Assembly (NCBI GenBank): GCA_964016885.1
Contig: OZ024743.1
Location: forward strand, 361,770,001-361,834,000
DNA from: Eledone cirrhosa
Taxonomy: Eukaryota
Length of the DNA stretch: 64,000 bases
Reading direction: 5' to 3'
Shown here: positions 28,301-41,900 of the stretch, in pieces
How the letters are laid out: each line of letters opens with the position of its first letter
Position numbering within the stretch: position 1 is the stretch's first letter
Notes under the pieces: model-generated
Told to the model about the DNA's origin: nothing
Seen by the model: only the letters and a program-made list of their open reading frames with translations
Databases searched by the model: none
Program-made: the position numbers and the translations under genes

Positions 28301-28672
28301 TACAGCACACAATGGAAACAATTGTTATAACTAGTACAGCTGACAGTGGAAACATTTGTTATAACTAGTACAGCTCACAGTGCAAACAATTGTTATAACT
28401 AGTACAGCACACAGTGGAAACAATTGTTATAACTAGTACAGCAAAACAGTGGAAACAATTGTTATAACTAGTACAGCACACAGGGGAAACAATTGTTATA
28501 ACTAGTACAGGACACAGTGGAAACAATTGTTATAACTAGTACAGCACACAGTGGAAACAATTGTTATAACTAGTACAGCTGACAGAGGAAACAATTGTTA
28601 TAACTAGTACAGATGACAGTGGAAACAATTGTTATAAATAGTACAGCTGACAGTGGAAACAATTGTTATAAC
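15175..28672 (+). repeat. Internal duplication within unit A: ~15175-20945 recurs at ~22902-28672 (offset 7727 bp)
   Basis: TTCTT 15626/23353 and CCGCACAGAG 17581/25308, with the same order of CACGTTGG, CAGTTCAC and AACAAGTAC markers. A few monomers differ. Confidence 0.82.
16900..21020 (+). repeat. Internal repeat with period 2417 bp (71 monomers +3), also present in the copies near 24.6-28.7, 34.9-39.0, 42.9-47.0 and 50.6-54.6 kb
   Basis: CTCACGTTGG at 16971/19388, followed by the same variant series (GCAAAAC, CAGGGG, TACAAC..TAAAG, CATAG, GATCAC, AAGTAGTACCGCACAGAG, two CACGTT, CAATGG, ACATTT, GGACAC, GAGG, GATGAC). Confidence 0.85.
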
Positions 28673-29385
28673 TAGTACAGCTGACAGTGGAAACAATTGT
28701 TATAACTAGTACAGCTCACGTTGGAAACAATTGTTATAATTAGTACAGCACACAGTGGAAACAATTGTTATAACTAGTACAGCTCACAGTGGAAACAATT
28801 GTTATAACTAGTACAGCACACAGTGGAAACAATTGTTATAACTAGTACAGCACACAGTGGAAACAATTGTTATAACTAGTACAGCTCACGTTGGAAACAA
28901 TTGTTATAATTAGTACAGCACACAATGGAAACAATTGTTATAACTAGTACAGCTGACAGTGGAAACAATTGTTATAACTAGTACAGCTGACAGTGGAAAC
29001 AATTGTTATAACTAGTACAGCACACAATGGAAACAATTGTTATAACTAGTACAGCTGACAGTGGAAACATTTGTTATAACTAGTACAGCTCACAGTGCAA
29101 ACAATTGTTATAACTAGTACAGCACACAGTGGAAACAATTGTTATAACTAGTACAGCAAAACAGTGGAAACAATTGTTATAACTAGTACAGCACACAGGG
29201 GAAACAATTGTTATAACTAGTACAGGACACAGTGGAAACAATTGTTATAACTAGTACAGCACACAGTGGAAACAATTGTTATAACTAGTACAGCTGACAG
29301 AGGAAACAATTGTTATAACTAGTACAGATGACAGTGGAAACAATTGTTATAAATAGTACAGCTGACAGTGGAAACAATTGTTATA
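27950..29385 (+). repeat. Tandem duplication of 21 monomers (715 bp = 21x34+1); copied again at ~53.9-55.4 kb
   Basis: CTCACGTTGG at 28000/28715 with an identical downstream variant series ending at GATGAC and ATAAATAG. Confidence 0.85.
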
Positions 29386-32300
29386 ACTGGTACAGCACAC
29401 AGTGGAAACAATTGTTATAACTAGTACAGCTGACAGTGGAAACAATTGTTATAACTAGTACAGCACACAGTGGAAACAATTGTTATAACTAGTACAGCAC
29501 ACAGTGCAAACAATTGTTATAACTAGTACAGCTCACAGTGCAAATAATTGTTATAACTAGTACAGCTCACAGTGGAAACAATTGTTATAACTAGTACAGC
29601 TGACAGTGGAAACAATTGTTATAACTAGTACAGCACACAGTGGAAACAATTGTTATAACTAGTACAGCACACAGTGCAAACAATTGTTATAACTAGTACA
29701 GCTCACAGTGCAAACAATTGTTATAACTAGTACAGATCACAGTGGAAACAATTGTTATAACTAGTACAGCTGACAGTGGAAACATTTGTTATAACTAGTA
29801 CAGCTCACAGTGCAAACAATTGTTATAACTAGTACAGCACACAGTGGAAACAATTGTTATAACTAGTACAGCAAAACAGTGGAAACAATTGTTATAACTA
29901 GTACAGCACACAGGGGAAACAATTGTTATAACTAGTACAGGACACAGTGGAAACAATTGTTATAACTAGTACAGCACACAGTGGAAACAATTGTTATAAC
30001 TAGTACAGCTCACAGTGCAAACAATTGTTATAACTAGTACAGCACACAGTGGAAACAATTGTTATAACTAGTACAGCACACAGTGGAAACAATTGTTATA
30101 ACTAGTACAGCACACAGGGGAAACAATTGTTATAACTAGTACAGCACACAGTGGAAACAATTGTTACAACTAGTAAAGCACATAGTGGAAACAATTGTTA
30201 TAACTAGTACAGCACATAGTGGAAACAATTGTTATAACTAGTACAGCTGACAGTGGAAACAATTGTTATAACTAGTACAGCTGACAGTGGAAACAATTGT
30301 TATAACTAGTACAGCTGACAGTGGAAACAATTGTTATAACTAGTACAGCACACAGTGGAAACAATTGTTATAACTAGTACAGCACACAGTGGAAACAATT
30401 GTTATAACTAGTACAGCACACAGTGGAAACAATTGTTATAACTAGTACAGCTGACAGTGGAAACAATTGTTATAACTAGTACAGCTGACAGTGGAAACAA
30501 TTGTTATAACTAGTACAGCACACAATGGAAACAAATTGTTATAACTAGTACAGCTCACAGTGCAAACAATTGTTATAACTAGTACAGCACACAGTGGAAA
30601 CAATTGTTATAACTAGTACAGCTCACAGTGCAAACAATTGTTATAACTAGTACAGCACACAGTGGAAACAATTGTTATAACTAGTACAGCCACACAGTGG
30701 AAACAATTGTTATAACTAGTACAGCACACAGTGCAAACAATTGTTATAACTAGTACAGCTCACAGTGCAAACAATTGTTATAACTAGTACAGATCACAGT
30801 GGAAACAATTGTTATAACTAGTACAGCTGACAGTGGAAACATTTGTTATAACTAGTACAGCTGACAGTGGAAACAATTGTTATAACTGGTACAGCTGACA
30901 GTGGAAACAATTGTTATAACTAGTACAGCACACAGTGGAAACAATTATTATAACTAGTACAGCTGACAGTGGAAACAATTGTTTTAACTAGTACAGCACA
31001 GAGTGCAAACAATTGTTATAATTAGTACAGCACACAGTGGAAACAATTGTTATAACTAGTACAGCACACAGTGGAAAAAATTGTTATAACTAGTACAGCA
31101 CACAGTGCAAACAATTTTTATGACTAGTACAGCACACAGTGCAAACAATTGTTATAATTAGTACAGCACACAGTGGAAACAATTGTTTTAGCTAGTACAG
31201 CTCACAGTGGAAACAATTGTTATGACTAGTACAGCTCACAGTGGAAACAATTGTTATAACTAGTACAGCACACAGTGGAAACAATTGTTATAACTAGTAC
31301 AGCAAACAGTGGAAACAATTGTTATAACTAGCACATCACACAGGGGAAACAATCGTTATAATTAGTAAAGCACACAGTGGAAACAATTGTTATAACTAGT
31401 ACAGCACACAGTGGAAACAATTGTTATAACTAGTACAGCACACAGTGGAAACAATTGTTATAACTAGTACAGCACACAGTGGAAACAATTGTTATAGCTA
31501 GTACAGCACACAGTGCAAACAATTGTTATAACTGGTACAGCTCACAGTGGAAACAATTGTTATAACTAGTACAGCACACAGTGGAAACAATTGTTATAAC
31601 TAGTACAGCTGACAGTGGAAACAATTGTCATAACTAGTACAGCACACAGTGGAAACAATTGTTATAACTAGTACAGCACACAGTGGAAACAATTGTTATA
31701 ACTAGTACAGCACACAGTGGAAACAATTGTTATCACTAGTACAGCTCACAGTGGAAACAATTGTTATAACTAGTACAGCTGACAGTGGAAACAATTGTTA
31801 TAACTAGTACAGCTGACAGTGGAAACAATTGTTATAACTAGTACAGCACACAGTGGAAACAATTGTTATAACTAGTACAGCACACAGTGGAAACAATTGT
31901 TATAACTAGTACAGCACACAGTGGAAACAATTGTTATAACTAGTACAGCTGACAGAGGAAACAATTGTTATAACTAGTACAGATGACAGTGGAAACAATT
32001 GTTATAAATAGTACAGCTGACAGTGGAAACAATTGTTATAACTGGTACAGCACACAGTGGAAACAATTGTTATAACTAGTACAGCTGACAGTGGAAACAT
32101 TTGTTATAACTAGTACAGCTGACAGTGGAAACAATTGTTATAACTGGTACAGCTGACAGTGGAAACAATTGTTATAACTAGTACAGCACACAGTGGAAAC
32201 AATTATTATAACTAGTACAGCTGACAGTGGAAACAATTGTTTTAAATAGTACAGCACAGAGTGCAAACAATTGTTATAATTAGTACAGCACACAGTGGAA

Positions 32301-32971
32301 ACAATTGTTATAACTAGTACAGCACACAGTGGAAACAATTGTTATAACTAGTACAGCTCACGTTGGAAACAATTGTTATAATTAGTACAGCACACAATGG
32401 AAACAATTGTTATAACTAGTACAGCTGACAGTGGAAACAATTGTTATAACTAGTACAGCTGACAGTGGAAACAATTGTTATAACTAGTACAGCACACAAT
32501 GGAAACAATTGTTATAACTAGTACAGCTGACAGTGGAAACATTTGTTATAACTAGTACAGCTCACAGTGCAAACAATTGTTATAACTAGTACAGCACACA
32601 GTGGAAACAATTGTTATAACTAGTACAGCAAAACAGTGGAAACAATTGTTATAACTAGTACAGCACACAGGGGAAACAATTGTTATAACTAGTACAGGAC
32701 ACAGTGGAAACAATTGTTATAACTAGTACAGCACACAGTGGAAACAATTGTTATAACTAGTACAGCTGACAGAGGAAACAATTGTTATAACTAGTACAGA
32801 TGACAGTGGAAACAATTGTTATAAATAGTACAGCTGACAGTGGAAACAATTGTTATAACTGGTACAGCACACAGTGGAAACAATTGTTATAACTAGTACA
32901 GCTGACAGTGGAAACAATTGTTATAACTAGTACAGCACACAGTGGAAACAATTGTTATAACTAGTACAGCA

Positions 32972-35900
32972 CACAGTGCAAACAATTGTTATAACTAGTA
33001 CAGCACACAGTGGAAACAATTGTTATAACTAGTACAGCAAAACAGTGGAAACAATTGTTATAACTAGTACAGCACACAGGGGAAACAATTGTTATAACTA
33101 GTACAGCACACAGTGGAAACAATTGTTACAACTAGTAAAGCACACAGTGGAAAGAATTGTTATAACTAGTACAGGTCACAGTGGAAACAATTGTTATAAC
33201 TAGTACAGCTCAGAGTGGAAACAATTGTTATAACTAGTACAGCACACAGTGCAAACAATTGTTATAACTAGTACAGCACACAGTGGAAACAATTGTTATA
33301 ACTAGTACAGCTCACAGTGGAAACAATTGTTATAACTAGTACAGCTGACAGTGGAAACAATTGTTATAACTAGTACAGCACACAGTGCAAACAATTTTTA
33401 TAACTAGTACAGCACACAGTGCAAACAGTTGTTATAACTAGCACAGCACACAGTGGAAACAATTGTTATAACTAGTACAGCTCACAGTGGAAACAATTGT
33501 TATAACTAGTACAGCACACAGTGCAAACAATTGTTATAACTAGTACAGCTCACAGTGGAAACAATTGTTATAACTAGTACAGTACACAGTGGAAATAATT
33601 GTTATAACTAGTACAGCACACAGTGGAAACAATTCTTACAACTAGTAAAGCACACAGTGGAAACAATTGTTATAAATAGTACAGCACACAGTGGAAATAA
33701 TTGTTATAACTAGTACAGCACACAGTGCAAACAATTGTTATAACTGGTACAGCACACAGTGCAAACAATTGTTATAACTAGTACAGCTCACAGTGCAAAT
33801 AATTGTTATAACTAGTACAGCTCACAGTGGAAACAATTGTTATAACTAGTACAGCTGACAGTGGAAACAATTGTTATAACTAGTACAGCTGACAGTGGAA
33901 ACAATTGTTATAACTATTACATCTGTCAGTGGAAACAATTGTTACAACTAGTACAGCACACAGTGGAAACAATTGTTATAACTAGTACAGCACACAGTGG
34001 AAACAATTGTTATAACTGGTACAGCTGACAGTGGAAACAATTGTTATAACTAGTACAGCACACAGTAGAAACAATTGTTATAACTAGTACAGCTGACAGT
34101 GGAAACAATTGTTTTAACTAGTACAGCACACAGTGGAAACAATTGTTATAACTAGTACAGCACACAGTGGAAACAATTGTTATAACTAGTACAGCTCACA
34201 GTGCAAACAATTGTTATAACTAGTACAGCACACAGTGGAAACAATTGTTATAACTAGTACAGCAAAACAGTGGAAACAATTGTTATAACTAGTACAGCAC
34301 ACAGGGGAAACAATTGTTATAACTAGTACAGCACACAGTGGAAACAATTGTTACAACTAGTAAAGCACACAGTGGAAAGAATTGTTATAACTAGTACAGC
34401 ACATAGTGGAAACAATTGTTATAACTAGTACAGATCACAGTGGAAACAATTGTTATAACAAGTACAGCACACAGTGCAAACAATTGTTATAACTGGTACA
34501 GCTCACAGTGGAAACAATTGTTATAACTAGTACAGCACACAGTGGAAACAATTGTTATACCTAGTACAGCTGACAGTAGAAACAATTGTTATAACTAGTA
34601 CAGCACACAGTGGAAACAATTGTTATAACTAGTACAGCTGACAGTGGAAACAATTGTTATAACTAGTACAGCTCACAGTGGAAACAATTGTTATAAGTAG
34701 TACCGCACACAGTGGAAACAATTGTTATAACTAGTACAGCTCACAGTGGAAACAATTGTTATAACTAGTACAGCACACAGTGGAAACAATTGTTATAACT
34801 AGTACAGCACACAGTGGAAACAATTGTTATAACTAGTACAGCACACAGTGGAAACAATTGTTATAACTAGTACAGCACACAGTGGAAACAATTGTTATAA
34901 CTAGTACAGTTCACAGTGGAAACAATTGTTATAACTAGTACAGCTGACAGTGGAAACAATTGTTATAACTAGTACAGCTCACGTTGGAAACAATTGTTAT
35001 AATTAGTACAGCACACAGTGGAAACAATTGTTATAACTAGTACAGCACACAGTGGAAACAATTGTTATAACTAGTACAGCTCACAGTGCAAACAATTGTT
35101 ATAACTAGTACAGCACACAGTGGAAACAATTGTTATAACTAGTACAGCAAAACAGTGGAAACAATTGTTATAACTAGTACAGCACACAGGGGAAACAATT
35201 GTTATAACTAGTACAGCACACAGTGGAAACAATTGTTACAACTAGTAAAGCACACAGTGGAAACAATTGTTATAACTAGTACAGCACATAGTGGAAACAA
35301 TTGTTATAACTAGTACAGATCACAGTGGAAACAATTGTTATAACTAGTACAGCACACAGTGCAAACAATTGTTATAACTGGTACAGCTCACAGTGGAAAC
35401 AATTGTTATAACTAGTACAGCACACAGTGGAAACAATTGTTATAACTAGTACAGCTGACAGTGGAAACAATTGTTATAACTAGTACAGCACACAGTGGAA
35501 ACAATTGTTATAACTAGTACAGCTGACAGTGGAAACAATTGTTATAACTAGTACAGCTCACAGTGGAAACAATTGTTATAAGTAGTACCGCACAGAGTGG
35601 AAACAATTGTTATAACTAGTACAGCTCACAGTGGAAACAATTGTTATAACTAGTACAGCACACAGTGGAAACAATTGTTATAACTAGTACAGCACACAGT
35701 GGAAACAATTGTTATAACTAGTACAGCACACAGTGGAAACAATTGTTATAACTAGTACAGCACACAGTGGAAACAATTGTTATAACTAGTACAGCTCACA
35801 GTGGAAACAATTGTTATAACTAGTACAGCTGACAGTGGAAACAATTGTTATAACTAGTACAGCTCACGTTGGAAACAATTGTTATAATTAGTACAGCACA

Positions 35901-38900
35901 CAGTGGAAACAATTGTTATAACTAGTACAGCTCACAGTGGAAACAATTGTTATAACTAGTACAGCACACAGTGGAAACAATTGTTATAACTAGTACAGCA
36001 CACAGTGGAAACAATTGTTATAACTAGTACAGCTCACGTTGGAAACAATTGTTATAATTAGTACAGCACACAATGGAAACAATTGTTATAACTAGTACAG
36101 CTGACAGTGGAAACAATTGTTATAACTAGTACAGCTGACAGTGGAAACAATTGTTATAACTAGTACAGCACACAATGGAAACAATTGTTATAACTAGTAC
36201 AGCTGACAGTGGAAACATTTGTTATAACTAGTACAGCTCACAGTGCAAACAATTGTTATAACTAGTACAGCACACAGTGGAAACAATTGTTATAACTAGT
36301 ACAGCAAAACAGTGGAAACAATTGTTATAACTAGTACAGCACACAGGGGAAACAATTGTTATAACTAGTACAGGACACAGTGGAAACAATTGTTATAACT
36401 AGTACAGCACACAGTGGAAACAATTGTTATAACTAGTACAGCTGACAGAGGAAACAATTGTTATAACTAGTACAGATGACAGTGGAAACAATTGTTATAA
36501 ATAGTACAGCTGACAGTGGAAACAATTGTTATAACTGGTACAGCACACAGTGGAAACAATTGTTATAACTAGTACAGCTGACAGTGGAAACAATTGTTAT
36601 AACTAGTACAGCTGACAGTGGAAACAATTGTTATAACTATTACATCTGTCAGTGGAAACAATTGTTACAACTAGTACAGCTGACAGTGGAAACAATTGTT
36701 ATAACTGGTACAGCTGACAGTGGAAACAATTGTTATAACTAGTACAGCACACAGTAGAAACAATTGTTATAACTAGTACAGCTGACAGTGGAAACAATTG
36801 TTTTAACTAGTACAGCACACAGTGGAAACAATTGTTATAACTAGTACAGCACACAGTGGAAACAATTGTTATAACTAGTACAGCTCACAGTGCAAACAAT
36901 TGTTATAACTAGTACAGCACACAGTGGAAACAATTGTTATAACTAGTACAGCAAAACAGTGGAAACAATTGTTATAACTAGTACAGCACACAGGGGAAAC
37001 AATTGTTATAACTAGTACAGCACACAGTGGAAACAATTGTTACAACTAGTAAAGCACACAGTGGAAAGAATTGTTATAACTAGTACAGCACATAGTGGAA
37101 ACAATTGTTATAACTAGTACAGATCACAGTGGAAACAATTGTTATAACAAGTACAGCACACAGTGCAAACAATTGTTATAACTGGTACAGCTCACAGTGG
37201 AAACAATTGTTATAACTAGTACAGCACACAGTGGAAACAATTGTTATAACTAGTACAGCACACAGTGGAAACAATTGTTATAACTAGTACAGCACACAGT
37301 GGAAACAATTGTTATAACTAGTACAGCTCACAGTGGAAACAATTGTTATAACTAGTACAGCTGACAGTGGAAACAATTGTTATAACTAGTACAGCTCACG
37401 TTGGAAACAATTGTTATAATTAGTACAGCACACAGTGGAAACAATTGTTATAACTAGTACAGCACACAGTGGAAACAATTGTTATAACTAGTACAGCTCA
37501 CAGTGCAAACAATTGTTATAACTAGTACAGCACACAGTGGAAACAATTGTTATAACTAGTACAGCAAAACAGTGGAAACAATTGTTATAACTAGTACAGC
37601 ACACAGGGGAAACAATTGTTATAACTAGTACAGCACACAGTGGAAACAATTGTTACAACTAGTAAAGCACACAGTGGAAACAATTGTTATAACTAGTACA
37701 GCACATAGTGGAAACAATTGTTATAACTAGTACAGATCACAGTGGAAACAATTGTTATAACTAGTACAGCACACAGTGCAAACAATTGTTATAACTGGTA
37801 CAGCTCACAGTGGAAACAATTGTTATAACTAGTACAGCACACAGTGGAAACAATTGTTATAACTAGTACAGCTGACAGTGGAAACAATTGTTATAACTAG
37901 TACAGCACACAGGGGAAACAATTGTTATAACTAGTACAGCTGACAGTGGAAACAATTGTTATAACTAGTACAGCTCACAGTGGAAACAATTGTTATAAGT
38001 AGTACCGCACAGAGTGGAAACAATTGTTATAACTAGTACAGCTCACAGTGGAAACAATTGTTATAACTAGTACAGCACACAGTGGAAACAATTGTTATAA
38101 CTAGTACAGCACACAGTGGAAACAATTGTTATAACTAGTACAGCACACAGTGGAAACAATTGTTATAACTAGTACAGCACACAGTGGAAACAATTGTTAT
38201 AACTAGTACAGCTCACAGTGGAAACAATTGTTATAACTAGTACAGCTGACAGTGGAAACAATTGTTATAACTAGTACAGCTCACGTTGGAAACAATTGTT
38301 ATAATTAGTACAGCACACAGTGGAAACAATTGTTATAACTAGTACAGCTCACAGTGGAAACAATTGTTATAACTAGTACAGCACACAGTGGAAACAATTG
38401 TTATAACTAGTACAGCACACAGTGGAAACAATTGTTATAACTAGTACAGCTCACGTTGGAAACAATTGTTATAATTAGTACAGCACACAATGGAAACAAT
38501 TGTTATAACTAGTACAGCTGACAGTGGAAACAATTGTTATAACTAGTACAGCTGACAGTGGAAACAATTGTTATAACTAGTACAGCACACAATGGAAACA
38601 ATTGTGATAACTAGTACAGCTGACAGTGGAAACATTTGTTATAACTAGTACAGCTCACAGTGCAAACAATTGTTATAACTAGTACAGCACACAGTGGAAA
38701 CAATTGTTACAACTAGTACAGCAAAACAGTGGAAACAATTGTTATAACTAGTACAGCACACAGGGGAAACAATTGTTATAACTAGTACAGGACACAGTGG
38801 AAACAATTGTTATAACTAGTACAGCACACAGTGGAAACAATTGTTATAACTAGTACAGCTGACAGAGGAAACAATTGTTATAACTAGTACAGATGACAGT

Positions 38901-41900
38901 GGAAACAATTGTTATAAATAGTACAGCTGACAGTGGAAACAATTGTTATAACTGGTACAGCACACAGTGGAAACAATTGTTATAACTAGTACAGCTGACA
39001 GTGGAAACAATTGTTATAACTAGTACAGCACACAGTGGAAACAATTGTTATAACTAGTACAGCACACAGTGCAAACAATTGTTATAACTAGTACAGCTCA
39101 CAGTGCAAATAATTGTTATAACTAGTACAGCTCACAGTGGAAACAATTGTTATAACTAGTACAGCTGACAGTGGAAACAATTGTTATAACTAGTACAGCA
39201 CACAGTGGAAACAATTGTTATAACTAGTACAGCACACAGTGCAAACAATTGTTATAACTAGTACAGCTCACAGTGCAAACAATTGTTATAACTAGTACAG
39301 ATCACAGTGGAAACAATTGTTATAACTAGTACAGCTGACAGTGGAATCATTTGTTATAACTAGTACAGCTCACAGTGCAAACAATTGTTATAACTAGTAC
39401 AGCACACAGTGGAAACAATTGTTATAACTAGTACAGCAAAACAGTGGAAACAATTGTTATAACTAGTACAGCACACAGGGGAAACAATTGTTATAACTAG
39501 TACAGGACACAGTGGAAACAATTGTTATAACTAGTACAGCACACAGTGGAAACAATTGTTATAACTAGTACAGCTCACAGTGCAAACAATTGTTATAACT
39601 AGTACAGCACACAGTGGAAACAATTGTTATAACTAGTACAGCACACAGTGGAAACAATTGTTATAACTAGTACAGCACACAGGGGAAACAATTGTTATAA
39701 CTAGTACAGCACACAGTGGAAACAATTGTTACAACTAGTAAAGCACATAGTGGAAACAATTGTTATAACTAGTACAGCACATAGTGGAAACAATTGTTAT
39801 AACTAGTACAGCTGACAGTGGAAACAATTGTTATAACTAGTACAGCTGACAGTGGAAACAATTGTTATAACTAGTACAGCTGACAGTGGAAACAATTGTT
39901 ATAACTAGTACAGCACACAGTGGAAACAATTGTTATAACTAGTACAGCACACAGTGGAAACAATTGTTATAACTAGTACAGCACACAGTGGAAACAATTG
40001 TTATAACTAGTACAGCTGACAGAGGAAACAATTGTTATAACTAGTACAGATGACAGTGGAAACAATTGTTATAAATAGTACAGCTGACAGTGGAAACAAT
40101 TGTTATAACTGGTACAGCACACAGTGGAAACAATTGTTATAACTAGTACAGCTGACAGTGGAAACAATTGTTATAACTAGTACAGCACACAGTGGAAACA
40201 ATTGTTATAACTAGTACAGCACACAGTGCAAACAATTGTTATAACTAGTACAGCACACAGTGGAAACAATTGTTATAACTAGTACAGCAAAACAGTGGAA
40301 ACAATTGTTATAACTAGTACAGCACACAGGGGAAACAATTGTTATAACTAGTACAGCACACAGTGGAAACAATTGTTACAACTAGTAAAGCACACAGTGG
40401 AAAGAATTGTTATAACTAGTACAGGTCACAGTGGAAACAATTGTTATAACTAGTACAGCTCAGAGTGGAAACAATTGTTATAACTAGTACAGCACACAGT
40501 GCAAACAATTGTTATAACTAGTACAGCACACAGTGGAAACAATTGTTATAACTAGTACAGCTCACAGTGGAAACAATTGTTATAACTAGTACAGCTGACA
40601 GTGGAAACAATTGTTATAACTAGTACAGCACACAGTGCAAACAATTTTTATAACTAGTACAGCACACAGTGCAAACAGTTGTTATAACTAGCACAGCACA
40701 CAGTGGAAACAATTGTTATAACTAGTACAGCTCACAGTGGAAACAATTGTTATAACTAGTACAGCACACAGTGCAAACAATTGTTATAACTAGTACAGCT
40801 CACAGTGGAAACAATTGTTATAACTAGTACAGTACACAGTGGAAATAATTGTTATAACTAGTACAGCACACAGTGGAAACAATTCTTACAACTAGTAAAG
40901 CACACAGTGGAAACAATTGTTATAAATAGTACAGCACACAGTGGAAATAATTGTTATAACTAGTACAGCACACAGTGCAAACAATTGTTATAACTGGTAC
41001 AGCACACAGTGCAAACAATTGTTATAACTAGTACAGCTCACAGTGCAAATAATTGTTATAACTAGTACAGCTCACAGTGGAAACAATTGTTATAACTAGT
41101 ACAGCTGACAGTGGAAACAATTGTTATAACTAGTACAGCTGACAGTGGAAACAATTGTTATAACTATTACATCTGTCAGTGGAAACAATTGTTACAACTA
41201 GTACAGCACACAGTGGAAACAATTGTTATAACTAGTACAGCACACAGTGGAAACAATTGTTATAACTGGTACAGCTGACAGTGGAAACAATTGTTATAAC
41301 TAGTACAGCACACAGTAGAAACAATTGTTATAACTAGTACAGCTGACAGTGGAAACAATTGTTTTAACTAGTACAGCACACAGTGGAAACAATTGTTATA
41401 ACTAGTACAGCACACAGTGGAAACAATTGTTATAACTAGTACAGCTCACAGTGCAAACAATTGTTATAACTAGTACAGCACACAGTGGAAACAATTGTTA
41501 TAACTAGTACAGCAAAACAGTGGAAACAATTGTTATAACTAGTACAGCACACAGGGGAAACAATTGTTATAACTAGTACAGCACACAGTGGAAACAATTG
41601 TTACAACTAGTAAAGCACACAGTGGAAAGAATTGTTATAACTAGTACAGCACATAGTGGAAACAATTGTTATAACTAGTACAGATCACAGTGGAAACAAT
41701 TGTTATAACAAGTACAGCACACAGTGCAAACAATTGTTATAACTGGTACAGCTCACAGTGGAAACAATTGTTATAACTAGTACAGCACACAGTGGAAACA
41801 ATTGTTATACCTAGTACAGCTGACAGTAGAAACAATTGTTATAACTAGTACAGCACACAGTGGAAACAATTGTTATAACTAGTACAGCTGACAGTGGAAA

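Larger units (their letters stand above)
14965..32971 (+). repeat. 18,007-bp macro-unit A (first copy)
   Basis: Its first ~7 kb recurs at offset 18007 (TTCTT 15626/33633; TACC 16551/34558; CATTT of GGAATCATTT 21341/39348). Its 16.1-33.0 kb portion recurs at offset 25972/25973 (16551/42523; 21341/47313; ORF 32138/58111). Confidence 0.88.

Noticed and set aside
32138-32338. 66-aa minus-strand ORF (MFPLCAVLVITIVSTVCC...)
   Set aside because: It is a translation of six satellite monomers (34-aa periodicity = 3 monomers) in which local variants happen to remove stops. The start is a non-ATG codon, and it is not a credible gene.
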